Made by a program: the position numbers and the translations under genes. The notes beneath the pieces were generated by a model. That model searched no databases. It worked only from the letters and a program-made list of their open reading frames with translations, and was not told the origin of the DNA. Below are positions 1-8,020 of a stretch of DNA of 57,432 bases, piece by piece. How positions within the stretch are numbered: the stretch's first letter is position 1; every line of letters starts with the position of its first letter. Source of the DNA: a virus (Duplodnaviria; Caudoviricetes); IMG/VR virus record IMGVR_UViG_3300036794_000037, positions 1 to 57,432 of that record, one strand, 5' to 3'.

Positions 1-24
1 TCTGCTTTCGCGTCCTGGGGTCCT

Positions 25-68
25 TGCCTTACTGGTACGACTTTACACGTGACTCACGTACGTGTCAA
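25..68 (-). promoter_or_regulatory. Class I promoter (TTGACA-N17-TAAAGT) for a gene off the left edge
   Basis: Reverse complement TTGACA cgtacgtgagtcacgtg TAAAGT ... GTAAGG; one of 11 copies. Confidence 0.8.
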
Positions 69-806
69 ACCCTGGAGCACTTCTCCCGAGATTTTCTTGT
101 AATGCCTGGTCAGCTCCCTGGCAGCCGCTTCACGGCCACTGCCGAGGTGCTCCGTAGTGGGTGACCCCTTGCGCCGGAGGTACCAGTGACTTCCCCGCTG
201 GTCGATCATCCCGGCCTTCTGCGCGAGCCCCAGAAGCTCCATGCCGCTGTCGATGCCGTTCGGGGTGATCTCCAGCCCGGCTACCGTCGCCTCCCCCGAA
301 AGCTCGGTCCTGACGGTCGCAGTGGTGTGGTTGCCCGACCGGAGGCTGAGGTCAACCCACGGGTAGATCCCGGGAAGCCTGCGGTACCTCCAGGTGGTGG
401 CCACTACCGTCCGGCCCTCGGCTGCGATAGCCAGGCAGCGCTCGGCGTCCTCCCAGCCGGTCACGACGTCGGCCACGACGTGCTTGATCGGCCCGAGGTC
501 CCAGCGCGGCATGCCGTGCACGACCAGGAGTGCCCCGGTGTTGACACCTGCCTGCTCGGCCTTGCGCGGGGAGAATTCCCCCCGGAAGTCGAGCCAGAGG
601 ACCGGGCCTTCCCCGAGCTTCTGCATCTCGGCAGCCGCGACGTAGGCAAGGGTGGTCTTCCCGCTCATCGAGTCCCCGGTGATCTCGGAGACGCGGCCGA
701 CCGGCCAGCCGTGCAGTGCCATGTCGAGCACGAGGCTGCCCGTGGAGACGTACTCCTGCGGGGAGGGCTCCGATTCCAGCGCGGCCACTACTTCGCCCAT
801 CCTCAC
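54..806 (-). CDS. Divergent RecA-like protein
   Basis: STGSLVLDMAL-GWPVGRVSEITGDSMSGKTT (RecA N-terminus and Walker A); C-terminal ELLGLAQKAGMIDQRGSHWY; shortened core. Confidence 0.8.
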   Translation of the reverse strand: MRMGEVVAALESEPSPQEYVSTGSLVLDMALHGWPVGRVSEITGDSMSGKTTLAYVAAAEMQKLGEGPVLWLDFRGEFSPRKAEQAGVNTGALLVVHGMPRWDLGPIKHVVADVVTGWEDAERCLAIAAEGRTVVATTWRYRRLPGIYPWVDLSLRSGNHTTATVRTELSGEATVAGLEITPNGIDSGMELLGLAQKAGMIDQRGSHWYLRRKGSPTTEHLGSGREAAARELTRHYKKISGEVLQGLTRT

Positions 807-1099
807 AGGAGGACCCCCAGGACCAGGATGATGACCGGCAGCGCCAGGAGGACGAAGAACGTGGACAGGACATACCGGGCGAACCAGCGGCGGGTCATGA
901 ACGGCTCCCCCCGGAAGTGGATCGTGTTGAAGCCCCAGGTCCGCTCGGCGTGCTCCAGATACCTGCCAGGCTGGTAGTCACCACCGGCCCACCAGTAGGG
1001 GTTCCTGGGGGCGCGGTCGGAACTCTTGTGCGGCGCGTTCGGGGCAGCAGTTCCATGCCGCCTCGCCAGCTCCTCCGGCGTGTGCAGGTCCCTGTTCAC
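803..1099 (-). CDS. Hypothetical membrane protein
   Basis: C-terminal hydrophobic helix; 4-nt overlaps with neighbours. Confidence 0.65.
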   Translation of the reverse strand: MNRDLHTPEELARRHGTAAPNAPHKSSDRAPRNPYWWAGGDYQPGRYLEHAERTWGFNTIHFRGEPFMTRRWFARYVLSTFFVLLALPVIILVLGVLL

Positions 1100-1443
1100 T
1101 TGCCCTCCTCGTAGGTGACGGTGGTGGGGACGAGCGCCTTGAACTCAAGCTCGAACCGGGTCGGCTCTGCGTGCTTCTCGTAGTCCACGCGGTTGATGAA
1201 GTGCTGGACCTCGTCCGAGGACCAGGCCCGCAGGACCGGCTGACTCGGCTCGTCGTCCTGCTTCTCGTACAGGATGACGGAGAGCATGCCGGTCTCGGCC
1301 ACCAGCCCGGGGAAGATCTCGTTCAGGGCGTGGGAAATCGGGCACCTCCAGCACATCCCGGCCTCCCCCTGAGCGATGTGCTCCGCTGTCACGGGGAAGC
1401 GGACCTCGAACATCTCGTCCCGGCCCAGGCTCTTGGTGATCAC
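1096..1443 (-). CDS. Hypothetical protein
   Basis: High-GC3 ORF; GTG start overlaps the upstream stop. Confidence 0.65.
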   Translation of the reverse strand: MITKSLGRDEMFEVRFPVTAEHIAQGEAGMCWRCPISHALNEIFPGLVAETGMLSVILYEKQDDEPSQPVLRAWSSDEVQHFINRVDYEKHAEPTRFELEFKALVPTTVTYEEGK

Positions 1444-1655
1444 GCTGATTCCCCCGATTCGGTGTAGTTCCAGGACTGGCGGAAGAGGTGGACGGTCAGC
1501 CCGGCCACGAGGACCGGGGCGAGCCACTTCTGCTTGCGGGAGAGGCGGGTCAGCGTCGGGATCTTCTTGCGGGAGAGGATCGCGGCGACCTCGTACTGGC
1601 AGAGGCCGATCACGACCCCCTCGAAGGCCGCCTTCTTGATCCCGGGGGAGGTCAC
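1440..1655 (-). CDS. Small hypothetical membrane protein
   Basis: Translationally coupled ORF with hydrophobic segments. Confidence 0.6.
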   Translation of the reverse strand: MTSPGIKKAAFEGVVIGLCQYEVAAILSRKKIPTLTRLSRKQKWLAPVLVAGLTVHLFRQSWNYTESGESA

Positions 1656-1807
1656 TTGAGGATTCCCCAGACGGCGATGACGGTCAGGACCAGCAGCGCG
1701 AAAGCCCCGGCCGCGTAGTCGAACGGGGCGCTGGCCGTCACGAGGCGCATGCCCGTGGCCCCCGCGAGCACGGGGGTGATGATGACGTTGAAGGTCTTGC
1801 GTGACAT
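1652..1807 (-). CDS. Small membrane protein (MSRKTFNVIIT...)
   Basis: AGGAGG SD before the ATG at 1807; two TM segments; follows a class I promoter. Confidence 0.65.
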   Translation of the reverse strand: MSRKTFNVIITPVLAGATGMRLVTASAPFDYAAGAFALLVLTVIAVWGILK

Positions 1808-1828
1808 TGAGGTTCCTCCTGCTTGGTG

Positions 1829-1870
1829 CCTTACCTGACTGAGTTTACACGCGATCCGCAGATGGTGCAA
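1829..1870 (-). promoter_or_regulatory. Class I promoter (TTGCAC-N17-TAAACT)
   Basis: Matches the repeated motif including CGTG before the -10 and downstream GTAAGG. Confidence 0.8.
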
Positions 1871-1886
1871 CCCTGCGGTTGCGATG

Positions 1887-1970
1887 TGGTCCCAGCGACA
1901 GGATTCGAACCTGCATGCCCGAGGGCGGAGTATTTTAAGTACTCTGTGTAAACCGTTCCACCACGCTGGG
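1887..1970 (-). tRNA. tRNA-Leu, anticodon UAA (reads UUA; bldA-type specificity)
   Basis: Acceptor CCCAGCG/CGCTGGG, anticodon arm GAGTA-CT TAA AA-TACTC, long variable arm, T-loop TTCGAAT, encoded ACCA end. Confidence 0.95.
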
Positions 1971-2051
1971 TAGTCATTTAGTTGTCTCGGGGAAGACGAA
2001 GGGCCGCCTCTCCCGTATGTACTCTCCCGGAAGTTCTCTCCGGTAAGACAC

Positions 2052-2083
2052 ACACTAGGCGAGGCGGCCCCACGTGTCAGAAC
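2052..2083 (-). promoter_or_regulatory. Class II promoter upstream of tRNA-Leu (GTTCTGACA-N17-TAGTGT)
   Basis: One of 13 copies of TTCTGAC(A/G) with a -10 hexamer at 17-18 nt. Confidence 0.65.
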
Positions 2084-2116
2084 AGGCCGTTCTCCCAGGT
2101 CAGGGACCTAGCTGGA

Positions 2117-2590
2117 TCAGTCGTGGGTGAGCACGATCTGCGTGAGCGCGTCCGACTTGAAGGTCGGGACCGATGCGGCGTTCACGACATCGACCGCCGG
2201 GACCTTCGGGAAGACCTCGATCATGCCCTGCTGGGAAACCGTGGTCGGGGGGGTGGTCAGCTCGCCCGCGAGGTTGCTGGGGGAGCCCACGGCGTACCAC
2301 GGCGCGGCGTCGTCGTATGCGGTGTGCGCCAGGACGCTGCCGGGACCGGTGAGCTGGGGCAGGTTGGCGGTCGCGGCGGACTTGGTCCCACCCAGGGTCG
2401 GGTCGTAGACGCGGACGAAGCCGGTGCGCGACGCGATGGAGCGGATGCCGACGCCGTTAGCGAAGGTGAAGGTGTCGGCGGTGCGCCCCGCGTTGGTGAT
2501 CGAGAACGTGGTGGTGTTGCTGGCACCAGCAGCGGTGGCGTAGGCGGACGCTAACGCGCCCAGCGTGGTGACTACCTCGGTGTAAGCCAT
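2117..2590 (-). CDS. Hypothetical Thr/Ala-rich protein, possibly virion-associated
   Basis: Strong GC3 bias, AGGAG SD; TTA at codon 13. Confidence 0.75.
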   Translation of the reverse strand: MAYTEVVTTLGALASAYATAAGASNTTTFSITNAGRTADTFTFANGVGIRSIASRTGFVRVYDPTLGGTKSAATANLPQLTGPGSVLAHTAYDDAAPWYAVGSPSNLAGELTTPPTTVSQQGMIEVFPKVPAVDVVNAASVPTFKSDALTQIVLTHD

Positions 2591-2844
2591 TGGAACTCCT
2601 AAGTTCCTTGGGGCAGCGACAGTATCGTTTCTTCTGCCGCCTCGTACCCAAAGGATATTTCCCCGAGCCAGGGAAATGAGAATGGCCCGTACGGGGCGCT
2701 ACAGGAGAGCAATCCCCTGCCTGACTAACCCCGTACGGGCCATTGACCGGAACGCTTACTGCCCTACGGCAGCCATCCCTTTCTCCTCCCGGCACCGACG
2801 GGGGAGACATCTGCTTCTCATGCGTGCACACATGCGGCGCTGCG

Positions 2845-2916
2845 CACGGACGACAGGATTCGAACCTGCGACAAGCGGGTTTGGAAGCCGCTGCTCTGCC
2901 ACTGAGCTACGTCCGC
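2845..2916 (-). tRNA. tRNA-Trp (CCA)
   Basis: Acceptor GCGGACG/CGTCCGT, D arm GCTC-AGTGGCA-GAGC, loop TT CCA AA (C-C mismatch closing the stem), T arm GCAGG-TTCGAAT-CCTGT. Confidence 0.85.
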
Positions 2917-3026
2917 GATGTTACCCGGATTTCGCTCCGGGCGGGCGCTGATCTCACCGTGTTTGTCACCCGTGGCGTACCGGGAATGAAGGAGAATCCT
3001 CAGATCAGAAGAACCCTATCTCCTTG

Positions 3027-3094
3027 TGGCGACGCCGGTAATCGAAACTCGGAGCTGAGAAGCTTATGAGACTCCCGCTGCACCTGCCGTCGCC
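3027..3094 (-). tRNA. Atypical tRNA with CAT anticodon (Met/Ile2) and reduced D arm
   Basis: Acceptor GGCGACG/CGTCGCC, GGAGT-CT CAT AA-GCTTC, T-loop TTCGATT with bulged stem; only ~12 nt between acceptor and anticodon arms. Confidence 0.65.
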
Positions 3095-3118
3095 CTCTTT
3101 CCTGCTTTATATCCTACG

Positions 3119-3189
3119 CTCTCTCGCCTGGATTCGAACCAGGAAAAGGCAGGTAACAACCGCCCAGTTTGCCGTTAGCTTACGAGAGA
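3119..3189 (-). tRNA. tRNA-Asn (GTT)
   Basis: Acceptor TCTCTCG/CGAGAGA, GGCGG-TT GTT AC-CTGCC, T arm CCTGG-TTCGAAT-CCAGG. Confidence 0.9.
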
Positions 3190-3192
3190 CTG

Positions 3193-3318
3193 CCTCCGAA
3201 TCCGGCCGTGGACCAGTACAGAACACCTCGTGCTGTATAAGAACCGGATTCGGGGGGATTCAGTTGTAGCCGCCCCCTGCGCAGATCCGGGGACTTCAAC
3301 TTCCCCGGGACGGCTTAT
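3193..3318 (-). ncRNA. Putative structured RNA(s) at the 5' end of the tRNA transcript
   Basis: Two long stems (AGCCGTCCC/GGGGCGGCT; CCGAATCCGG/CCGGATTCGG) with inner hairpins, directly after a class II promoter. Confidence 0.4.
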
Positions 3319-3325
3319 GGGAGAT

Positions 3326-3357
3326 ACTCTACCCGGGGCTGCCCGGCGTGTCAGAAC
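3326..3357 (-). promoter_or_regulatory. Class II promoter for the tRNA cluster (GTTCTGACA-N17-TAGAGT)
   Basis: Motif copy with correct spacing. Confidence 0.75.
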
Positions 3358-3511
3358 CGGCCTTCGCGGGGAGGATCGCGATGACGAAGATCCCGAAGAT
3401 GCCTATCAGGAACCCGAGCACGAGGCCAAGGACGAGGCGGTTCTTGATGTGGCCGATGTACCCGGCGATGCCGGTCATGATCAGCCAGACGAGTACGAAC
3501 GCAGGTGACAT
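3329..3511 (-). CDS. Small two-TM membrane protein
   Basis: Hydrophobic ORF with GLVLGFLIGIFG pattern. Confidence 0.7.
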   Translation of the reverse strand: MSPAFVLVWLIMTGIAGYIGHIKNRLVLGLVLGFLIGIFGIFVIAILPAKAGSDTPGSPG

Positions 3512-3519
3512 TGTCTTCC

Positions 3520-4080
3520 TTACCTAGATTGGGCCAAGGCCCGGATGCGCGGGTCGTTGCGGAGCTTTTCCCGGGTCCTGGCCCAGAGCCATCGGTTCCG
3601 GAGAATCGGGTGCTCTCGCATTGCCTGGACCGTCCCGGGATTCCGGCTCGAAGGCTCTATTCCCTGCCAGAACCTCAAGTAGATGTACTCGCGCTGCTGC
3701 GGGCTCAGTTCCCGTAACGCGGCCATCAGCGTCGGCTCGGGAAGGTCGGGGAGGACTTCCCCCGGAATCCACGGGTTCTCATCGATCTGAAGTTCATCGA
3801 GACTCGCCACGACATCTACGGGCCGGACCCCGCGCACCGGCTGATGGCCGACAGGCTGTTCATCGCCCCAGACGAGCTTGTGCATGCGATGCCGGGCGCA
3901 GAGCTGGAGCCAGGGCATCAGCGGACCCTTCTCCGGGTCGTGCGTGTCCCGGGCTCTCCAGATGGCTATACGGCCCTCCTGGACTAAGTCCTCCAGCCCG
4001 GGGTTGTACGAGCCGCCGGGAAGGATTTCCCCGGCCGTCTTGTAGAGCCAGCGGACGTACACGTCACGCGGGTCGTTCAC
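3520..4080 (-). CDS. Phage RNA polymerase sigma factor (sigma-70/ECF-like)
   Basis: Region 2 EDLVQEGRIAIWRARDTHDPEKG; region 4 ALRELSPQQREYIYLRFWQG. Confidence 0.85.
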   Translation of the reverse strand: MNDPRDVYVRWLYKTAGEILPGGSYNPGLEDLVQEGRIAIWRARDTHDPEKGPLMPWLQLCARHRMHKLVWGDEQPVGHQPVRGVRPVDVVASLDELQIDENPWIPGEVLPDLPEPTLMAALRELSPQQREYIYLRFWQGIEPSSRNPGTVQAMREHPILRNRWLWARTREKLRNDPRIRALAQSR

Positions 4081-4214
4081 TGTACCGTCCCCGTCGTCAT
4101 ACCCGGGGAAGACCCCTGGAGCGGGGCGGAGGCGATGATCATCAGCAGCACGACAATGAACGCTCCGAACGCCACGGCGATGCCAAGGCCGATGGCCTTC
4201 CCGAAATCCTTCAC
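4077..4214 (-). CDS. Small membrane protein (45 aa)
   Basis: MKDFGKAIGLGIAVAFGAFIVVLL..., coupled to both neighbours. Confidence 0.6.
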   Translation of the reverse strand: MKDFGKAIGLGIAVAFGAFIVVLLMIIASAPLQGSSPGMTTGTVQ

Positions 4215-4432
4215 GCCGAGCCCTCCTCCACCAGCTCGTCCTGGAGCGCCCGCGAGTCGGCCAGGGCCTCCTGGATGTCGTTCCCGACGCCGAAGTAGCT
4301 CCGGGAGCCGCCGAGCGGCTTGACGACGACCGCGAACTGGTCGTTGAACGGCTCGATGGTGATCTTGTTGCCGTCGTCCAGCAGCTTGTGCAGGCCGGTC
4401 AGAGTGGCGTCTTCGATGTAGTCGCTGTTCAA
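4211..4432 (-). CDS. Hypothetical protein
   Basis: High-GC3 ORF in operon. Confidence 0.65.
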   Translation of the reverse strand: MNSDYIEDATLTGLHKLLDDGNKITIEPFNDQFAVVVKPLGGSRSYFGVGNDIQEALADSRALQDELVEEGSA

Positions 4433-4620
4433 TGGTCCCCCTCGGACACGTCTTCCCAGGTCATGACATATACGGCCCGCCGTACGCGAGCTGCGCTGTA
4501 AAGCTCGGCCTGTAAGCGGGCGTCAGCCTCGTCCTCGGCCTCGTGGACCGTCCCGTCGTTGTAACGGACCCCGTGCTCGAAGTAGTGCTCGGCGACGGGC
4601 TCGCCGTCCAGGAGCCTCAC
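4429..4620 (-). CDS. Hypothetical protein
   Basis: GTG start overlaps the upstream stop. Confidence 0.55.
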   Translation of the reverse strand: MRLLDGEPVAEHYFEHGVRYNDGTVHEAEDEADARLQAELYSAARVRRAVYVMTWEDVSEGDH

Positions 4621-4817
4621 CGGGAGAACCTCGGGTGGGGCTGGCCCTCGTGCTTGCCCTCCCACTCGTGCCCGACCGTCTCCCCGCACCAGCAGCGGCC
4701 GAGGCAGCCAATGGGCATCTGGTACCAGCCGGGCCTGCGGGCGTTCTTCTTGGGCTCGGACCCGTCGCCCCGGTACTTGTTCCGCGCAGATACCTGGCAG
4801 ACGTAGTTACTGGGCAT
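4617..4817 (-). CDS. Small Cys/His-rich hypothetical protein
   Basis: CLGRCWCG...H motif; operon context. Confidence 0.55.
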   Translation of the reverse strand: MPSNYVCQVSARNKYRGDGSEPKKNARRPGWYQMPIGCLGRCWCGETVGHEWEGKHEGQPHPRFSR

Positions 4818-4974
4818 TGCTGGCCCCCAGCAGCGCCACGGCGACAAGCACGACGGCCTTCGCCTGGATCTCCTCGGTCAGGCCGCGCTCAGCGACCTTC
4901 GCCCGGACCCAGTTGCAGTTCTCCTTCGCCCGCCACTCCTTGAGGAAGCGGTATTCGACCTCGGTGCTGCTCAT
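4807..4974 (-). CDS. Small hypothetical protein
   Basis: MSSTEVEYRFLKEW..., overlaps the whiB stop. Confidence 0.5.
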   Translation of the reverse strand: MSSTEVEYRFLKEWRAKENCNWVRAKVAERGLTEEIQAKAVVLVAVALLGASNAQ

Positions 4975-5288
4975 AACGCTGCCTCTTTCAGCTTGGCGTC
5001 ACGGAAGGTCAGGACCCCCGAGACGTGCTTCTTCTCGGAGCCGACCATCTCGGCCAGCTCTCCCGGGGTGAACCCCCCGTAGATCTGCTCGATCGCGTCG
5101 AACTCGATCACGTTCTCGATGCCGTACTCGGCGCACTCCCAGCGCACCGGGCAGGTCGAGCAGATCGCCTTGGCCTTGGCCTCGCGCTCCTGCATCCGCT
5201 TCTCAGCGCCGGGGCCGAACAGCTTCTCCACGTCCCAGAGGGTCGCGTCGTAGTACCGGCACGACGCCCTGTGGTTCCAGTCCTTCAA
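4971..5288 (-). CDS. whiB: WhiB family transcription factor
   Basis: WNHRASC...AKAICSTCPVRWEC...IYGG: four Cys plus G[IV]WGG-like turn. Confidence 0.9.
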   Translation of the reverse strand: MKDWNHRASCRYYDATLWDVEKLFGPGAEKRMQEREAKAKAICSTCPVRWECAEYGIENVIEFDAIEQIYGGFTPGELAEMVGSEKKHVSGVLTFRDAKLKEAAL

Positions 5289-5540
5289 CTACTCCCCCGC
5301 CTGGCCCTTGTAGTTCTTGGTCAGGATCGAGCGGTTGTCGCGGCGGACGATGTAGCCGTGGAAGTCGAGCGCGGTCTCATGCGCAGCGAAGTGGTGCGCG
5401 CACAGGTCGAGCACGTCCCCGAAGTCGTTGGCGACGCGGACGACGGCGGCCTCGGTACCGGACGCGGTGGCGTCGCAGGTGTCGGTCGGCTTCAGGTCAT
5501 CCACGCGGACGCCAAGCACTTCCTCGAATGTGGTGGTCAA
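5289..5540 (-). CDS. Small putative zinc-binding protein
   Basis: DTCD...AVVRV...LDLCAHH pattern; GAGGAGG SD. Confidence 0.65.
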   Translation of the reverse strand: MTTTFEEVLGVRVDDLKPTDTCDATASGTEAAVVRVANDFGDVLDLCAHHFAAHETALDFHGYIVRRDNRSILTKNYKGQAGE

Positions 5541-5574
5541 GGGGCCTCCTCAGATCCTCTCCCGCTACTGCTCT

Positions 5575-5605
5575 CCAGTCGCAACTACTAGGCAGTTGCG
5601 CTGGC
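5575..5605 (-). repeat. Co-varying hairpin element, copy 1
   Basis: CCAG-T-CGCAAC-TACTAGGCA-GTTGCG-CTGG (plus strand). Confidence 0.75.
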
Positions 5606-5676
5606 ATTGGCTCCGAAAAATCCTCTCCCAGAACCGCTCTCCACAAACTATATGACAAAGCCCTGCCCGTCAAGCT

Positions 5677-5708
5677 CCAGGTCGCAGATACTAAGCCTCT
5701 GCGCTGGC
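5677..5708 (-). repeat. Co-varying hairpin element, copy 2
   Basis: CCAG-GT-CGCAGA-TACTAAGCC-TCTGCG-CTGG. Confidence 0.75.
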
Positions 5709-5748
5709 GTTGTTGAGTCTCTGGCGTGCAGGGCCTTGCAGCACTGGG

Positions 5749-6771
5749 TTACGCGGTGAAGGTCACGGTGGCGTGCGGGGGCGCTACCGGCCCGCCGTTC
5801 GCCCAGACGTGGATCTCGTACTGCCGCCCGTGCATGAGCGTCAGGGTGGTGGAGGTTCCGGTGACCGTCTTGTCGCTGACCAGGCTGCCGGAGGAGCTGT
5901 AGAGCGCGACGGTGTAGCTAGTCGCAGCCTTCCCACTCAGGACGGACGGCTTCCAGCTCAGGGTGACCGACACGGACGGGGACACAGCCAGGCCAGCCGG
6001 GGCCGGGTAGGGGACCGGCTTCGGGGGAGCCGGGGGCGCGGGGATGGCGGCCTTGAGGTGGTCCCACAGGGACTGATCGACCTCGCCCTTGGCGACGTTC
6101 GCGGCGCTGTAGTGCCAGTACACGAGGGCGAGCTTGACGGCGACCTCGGTCAGCAGGCCGAACGAGCCGTCTGTCTTCAGGAGGGTGCCGAGGCCAATCT
6201 CCTTGGCCCACTTGTTGATCCAGCCCTGGACCGTCGCGACGTCGGTACCGCTCTGCCCCAGCTTGATCGGGAAGGTCGTGGTGACCGGGGAGCCGAAGAA
6301 GGAGCTGTTGACCTCGGACTCGTCCAGGGACCGGCCCATGGCGGTGTCAGTGAACTGGGTGCCGTCAGCCTGGGGGTAGCCGTCCTGCCCGCAGATGTGC
6401 TCGACCCCGTTGTAGTGGGCGGACCAGAGCAGGTACTGCGACCGGGATACTCCCCCGGCAGCCAGGACGTTGATCAGGGACTGGGCGTTGCCCGCGCTCG
6501 TGTAGAGGACCGGGGTGCCGGTCCTGGAGGACAGCTTCGCCTTGGTCCAGACCAGGGCGGCGGCGTTCGTCGCGTCCCCAGGCTCGACGTCCAGGCAGTT
6601 CGCCCCGATGTTGGAGGCGTTGACGTCGATCGCGAGGACGTGCGCGCCCGGGAACCGGGAACGGATCGCGCTGACGTTGGCGTAGATGCCGTCCACGTAC
6701 CCGGCATAGGCGGTATAGCCGCTGGGTAACAGGGCCACATCGGTATCGTCGAACATTAAAACGTTGGCCAT
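5749..6771 (-). CDS. Endolysin: GH25-like muramidase, peptidoglycan-binding domain and FN3-like domain
   Basis: CLDVE, PVLYTS, LWSAHY, ADGTQFT; PGBD LGQSGTDVATVQ...DGSFGLLTEVAVK; Pro linker then FN3-like LSWK...Y...GRQYEIHVWA; TTA at codons 5 and 15. Confidence 0.8.
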   Translation of the reverse strand: MANVLMFDDTDVALLPSGYTAYAGYVDGIYANVSAIRSRFPGAHVLAIDVNASNIGANCLDVEPGDATNAAALVWTKAKLSSRTGTPVLYTSAGNAQSLINVLAAGGVSRSQYLLWSAHYNGVEHICGQDGYPQADGTQFTDTAMGRSLDESEVNSSFFGSPVTTTFPIKLGQSGTDVATVQGWINKWAKEIGLGTLLKTDGSFGLLTEVAVKLALVYWHYSAANVAKGEVDQSLWDHLKAAIPAPPAPPKPVPYPAPAGLAVSPSVSVTLSWKPSVLSGKAATSYTVALYSSSGSLVSDKTVTGTSTTLTLMHGRQYEIHVWANGGPVAPPHATVTFTA

Positions 6772-6831
6772 CAGAGGCTCTCCCAGTAATTGCGGGTCAT
6801 CATTCCCAGGGTACCCGGGTAGCCTTCCCGC

Positions 6832-7101
6832 ATGATCAGCGAGCACATCATAGAACTGTCTGAAAACGGATGGATGGTCATCCACCCCCTCCGCTGCCCG
6901 GGGAATTTATTGGAATGCGACGTCACCCGGCTCTGCCGTGAAATGACTGATTCCCCCGCGACCGGGCGCTTCTGGTGCAGCGCCGAGAAGAAGGGGAATC
7001 ATGTCGTGCTCCAGCTAGGGGAAGCCGTTCCGAGGGAAATCCAGGGGACATCCCGACGAACCGGCTACCGGTTCATGACGGGCCACCAGCGGCCTAGCTA
7101 A
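6832..7101 (+). CDS. Hypothetical protein
   Basis: HIIEL...HPLRC..LLEC motif; divergent from the lysin. Confidence 0.55.
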   Translation: MISEHIIELSENGWMVIHPLRCPGNLLECDVTRLCREMTDSPATGRFWCSAEKKGNHVVLQLGEAVPREIQGTSRRTGYRFMTGHQRPS

Positions 7102-7244
7102 TCGTTCTTGCGCCCCCAGAGCATGTCCAGGATTCCACCGTAGACGCGGCTGGCGATCCAGCCGAACGCACCCAGGAATATGATGCTGGATAGGACACCC
7201 AGACCGGCTAAGCCGACCAGGGTCCAAAGGAGTATCCAGAGCAT
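7098..7244 (-). CDS. Small membrane protein
   Basis: MLWILLWTLVGLAGLGVLSSIIFLGAFGW..., GGAG SD. Confidence 0.5.
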   Translation of the reverse strand: MLWILLWTLVGLAGLGVLSSIIFLGAFGWIASRVYGGILDMLWGRKND

Positions 7245-7774
7245 TACTTCTCCTTCTCTTCCCCCGGGGATTCTCCCCGGAAGCTCTGCACGGCCTCGTC
7301 GATCGTCTCGTCCAGGGAGATCGCCGCTTCGCGTGCGTACTCTTCGAGCCAGGCCCGGGTCTCGTCGGAAGGCCGGTACGGGATCGCGGGGCGGTTCCGC
7401 TTCGCCTCGGGGCTGGACTCCGGACCCCGGTCCCTGAGTACCCCTGCGCGGCCCAGAATGGCCCGTACGGTGTTGTAAGCGAGTCCGGTGGCGTTGGACA
7501 CCTGCTGGACGTCGGGGCGCTCAGGGGCCGTGTACAGCTCCACCACGCGGCCATCCCGGGAAGACGTGTCGCGGGGCCGCTTGACCGAGGTGTCGATGCC
7601 CTGCTGGCGCAGAACCTCGCGGGCGAACGCATGGCTCTTCCCGACGGCGGTCCCGATGTCCCGCAGGGACTTGCCCTCGTTCCAGAGGGCTATGACCTGG
7701 GCGACGATCTTCTCGTCAGCCAACTGGGTTTCCTCGTCCGGCGTCATCCACATCCCGGATGCTACTGATTCCAT
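7244..7774 (-). CDS. DNA-binding protein with two HTH motifs and a C-terminal RHH-like segment
   Basis: GKSLRDIGTAVGKSHAFAREVL; DVQQVSNATGLAYNTVRAIL; IPYRPSDETRAWLEEYA. Confidence 0.75.
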   Translation of the reverse strand: MESVASGMWMTPDEETQLADEKIVAQVIALWNEGKSLRDIGTAVGKSHAFAREVLRQQGIDTSVKRPRDTSSRDGRVVELYTAPERPDVQQVSNATGLAYNTVRAILGRAGVLRDRGPESSPEAKRNRPAIPYRPSDETRAWLEEYAREAAISLDETIDEAVQSFRGESPGEEKEK

Positions 7775-7801
7775 AAGCTTCTCCTCAACTCGACAGGCAT
7801 T

Positions 7802-7830
7802 AGTTTACACGTGGATCGCAAGATTAGAAA
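7802..7830 (-). promoter_or_regulatory. Class I promoter with weak -35
   Basis: CGTG-TAAACT present; -35 TTTCTA. Confidence 0.55.
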
Positions 7831-8020
7831 GAGGCGGGGAATCCTGCCAGGCCAATGGCTGGACTCAACCCGCCCCTCGAAGGCGCAGCACCGGCCTCTC
7901 CTCGAAGGGTAAAGGAATCATGAGCCGGGCTTAGGAGGAGGCAACATGAAAAATCCCCCCTTGACGCCCTCTCCCGGGACTGCGATCCCGGAAGCTGTAG
8001 TCTCTCCCGTAATTCTACTC

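Noticed and set aside
1945-1954. GTGTAAAC on the plus strand inside tRNA-Leu, resembling the class I -10
   Set aside because: It is the tRNA D arm; no -35 or spacer motif at the right distance
2917-3016. Possible hammerhead ribozyme (CUGAGGA ... CGAAA on the minus strand)
   Set aside because: The stems do not place GAAA and a cleavage triplet in hammerhead topology
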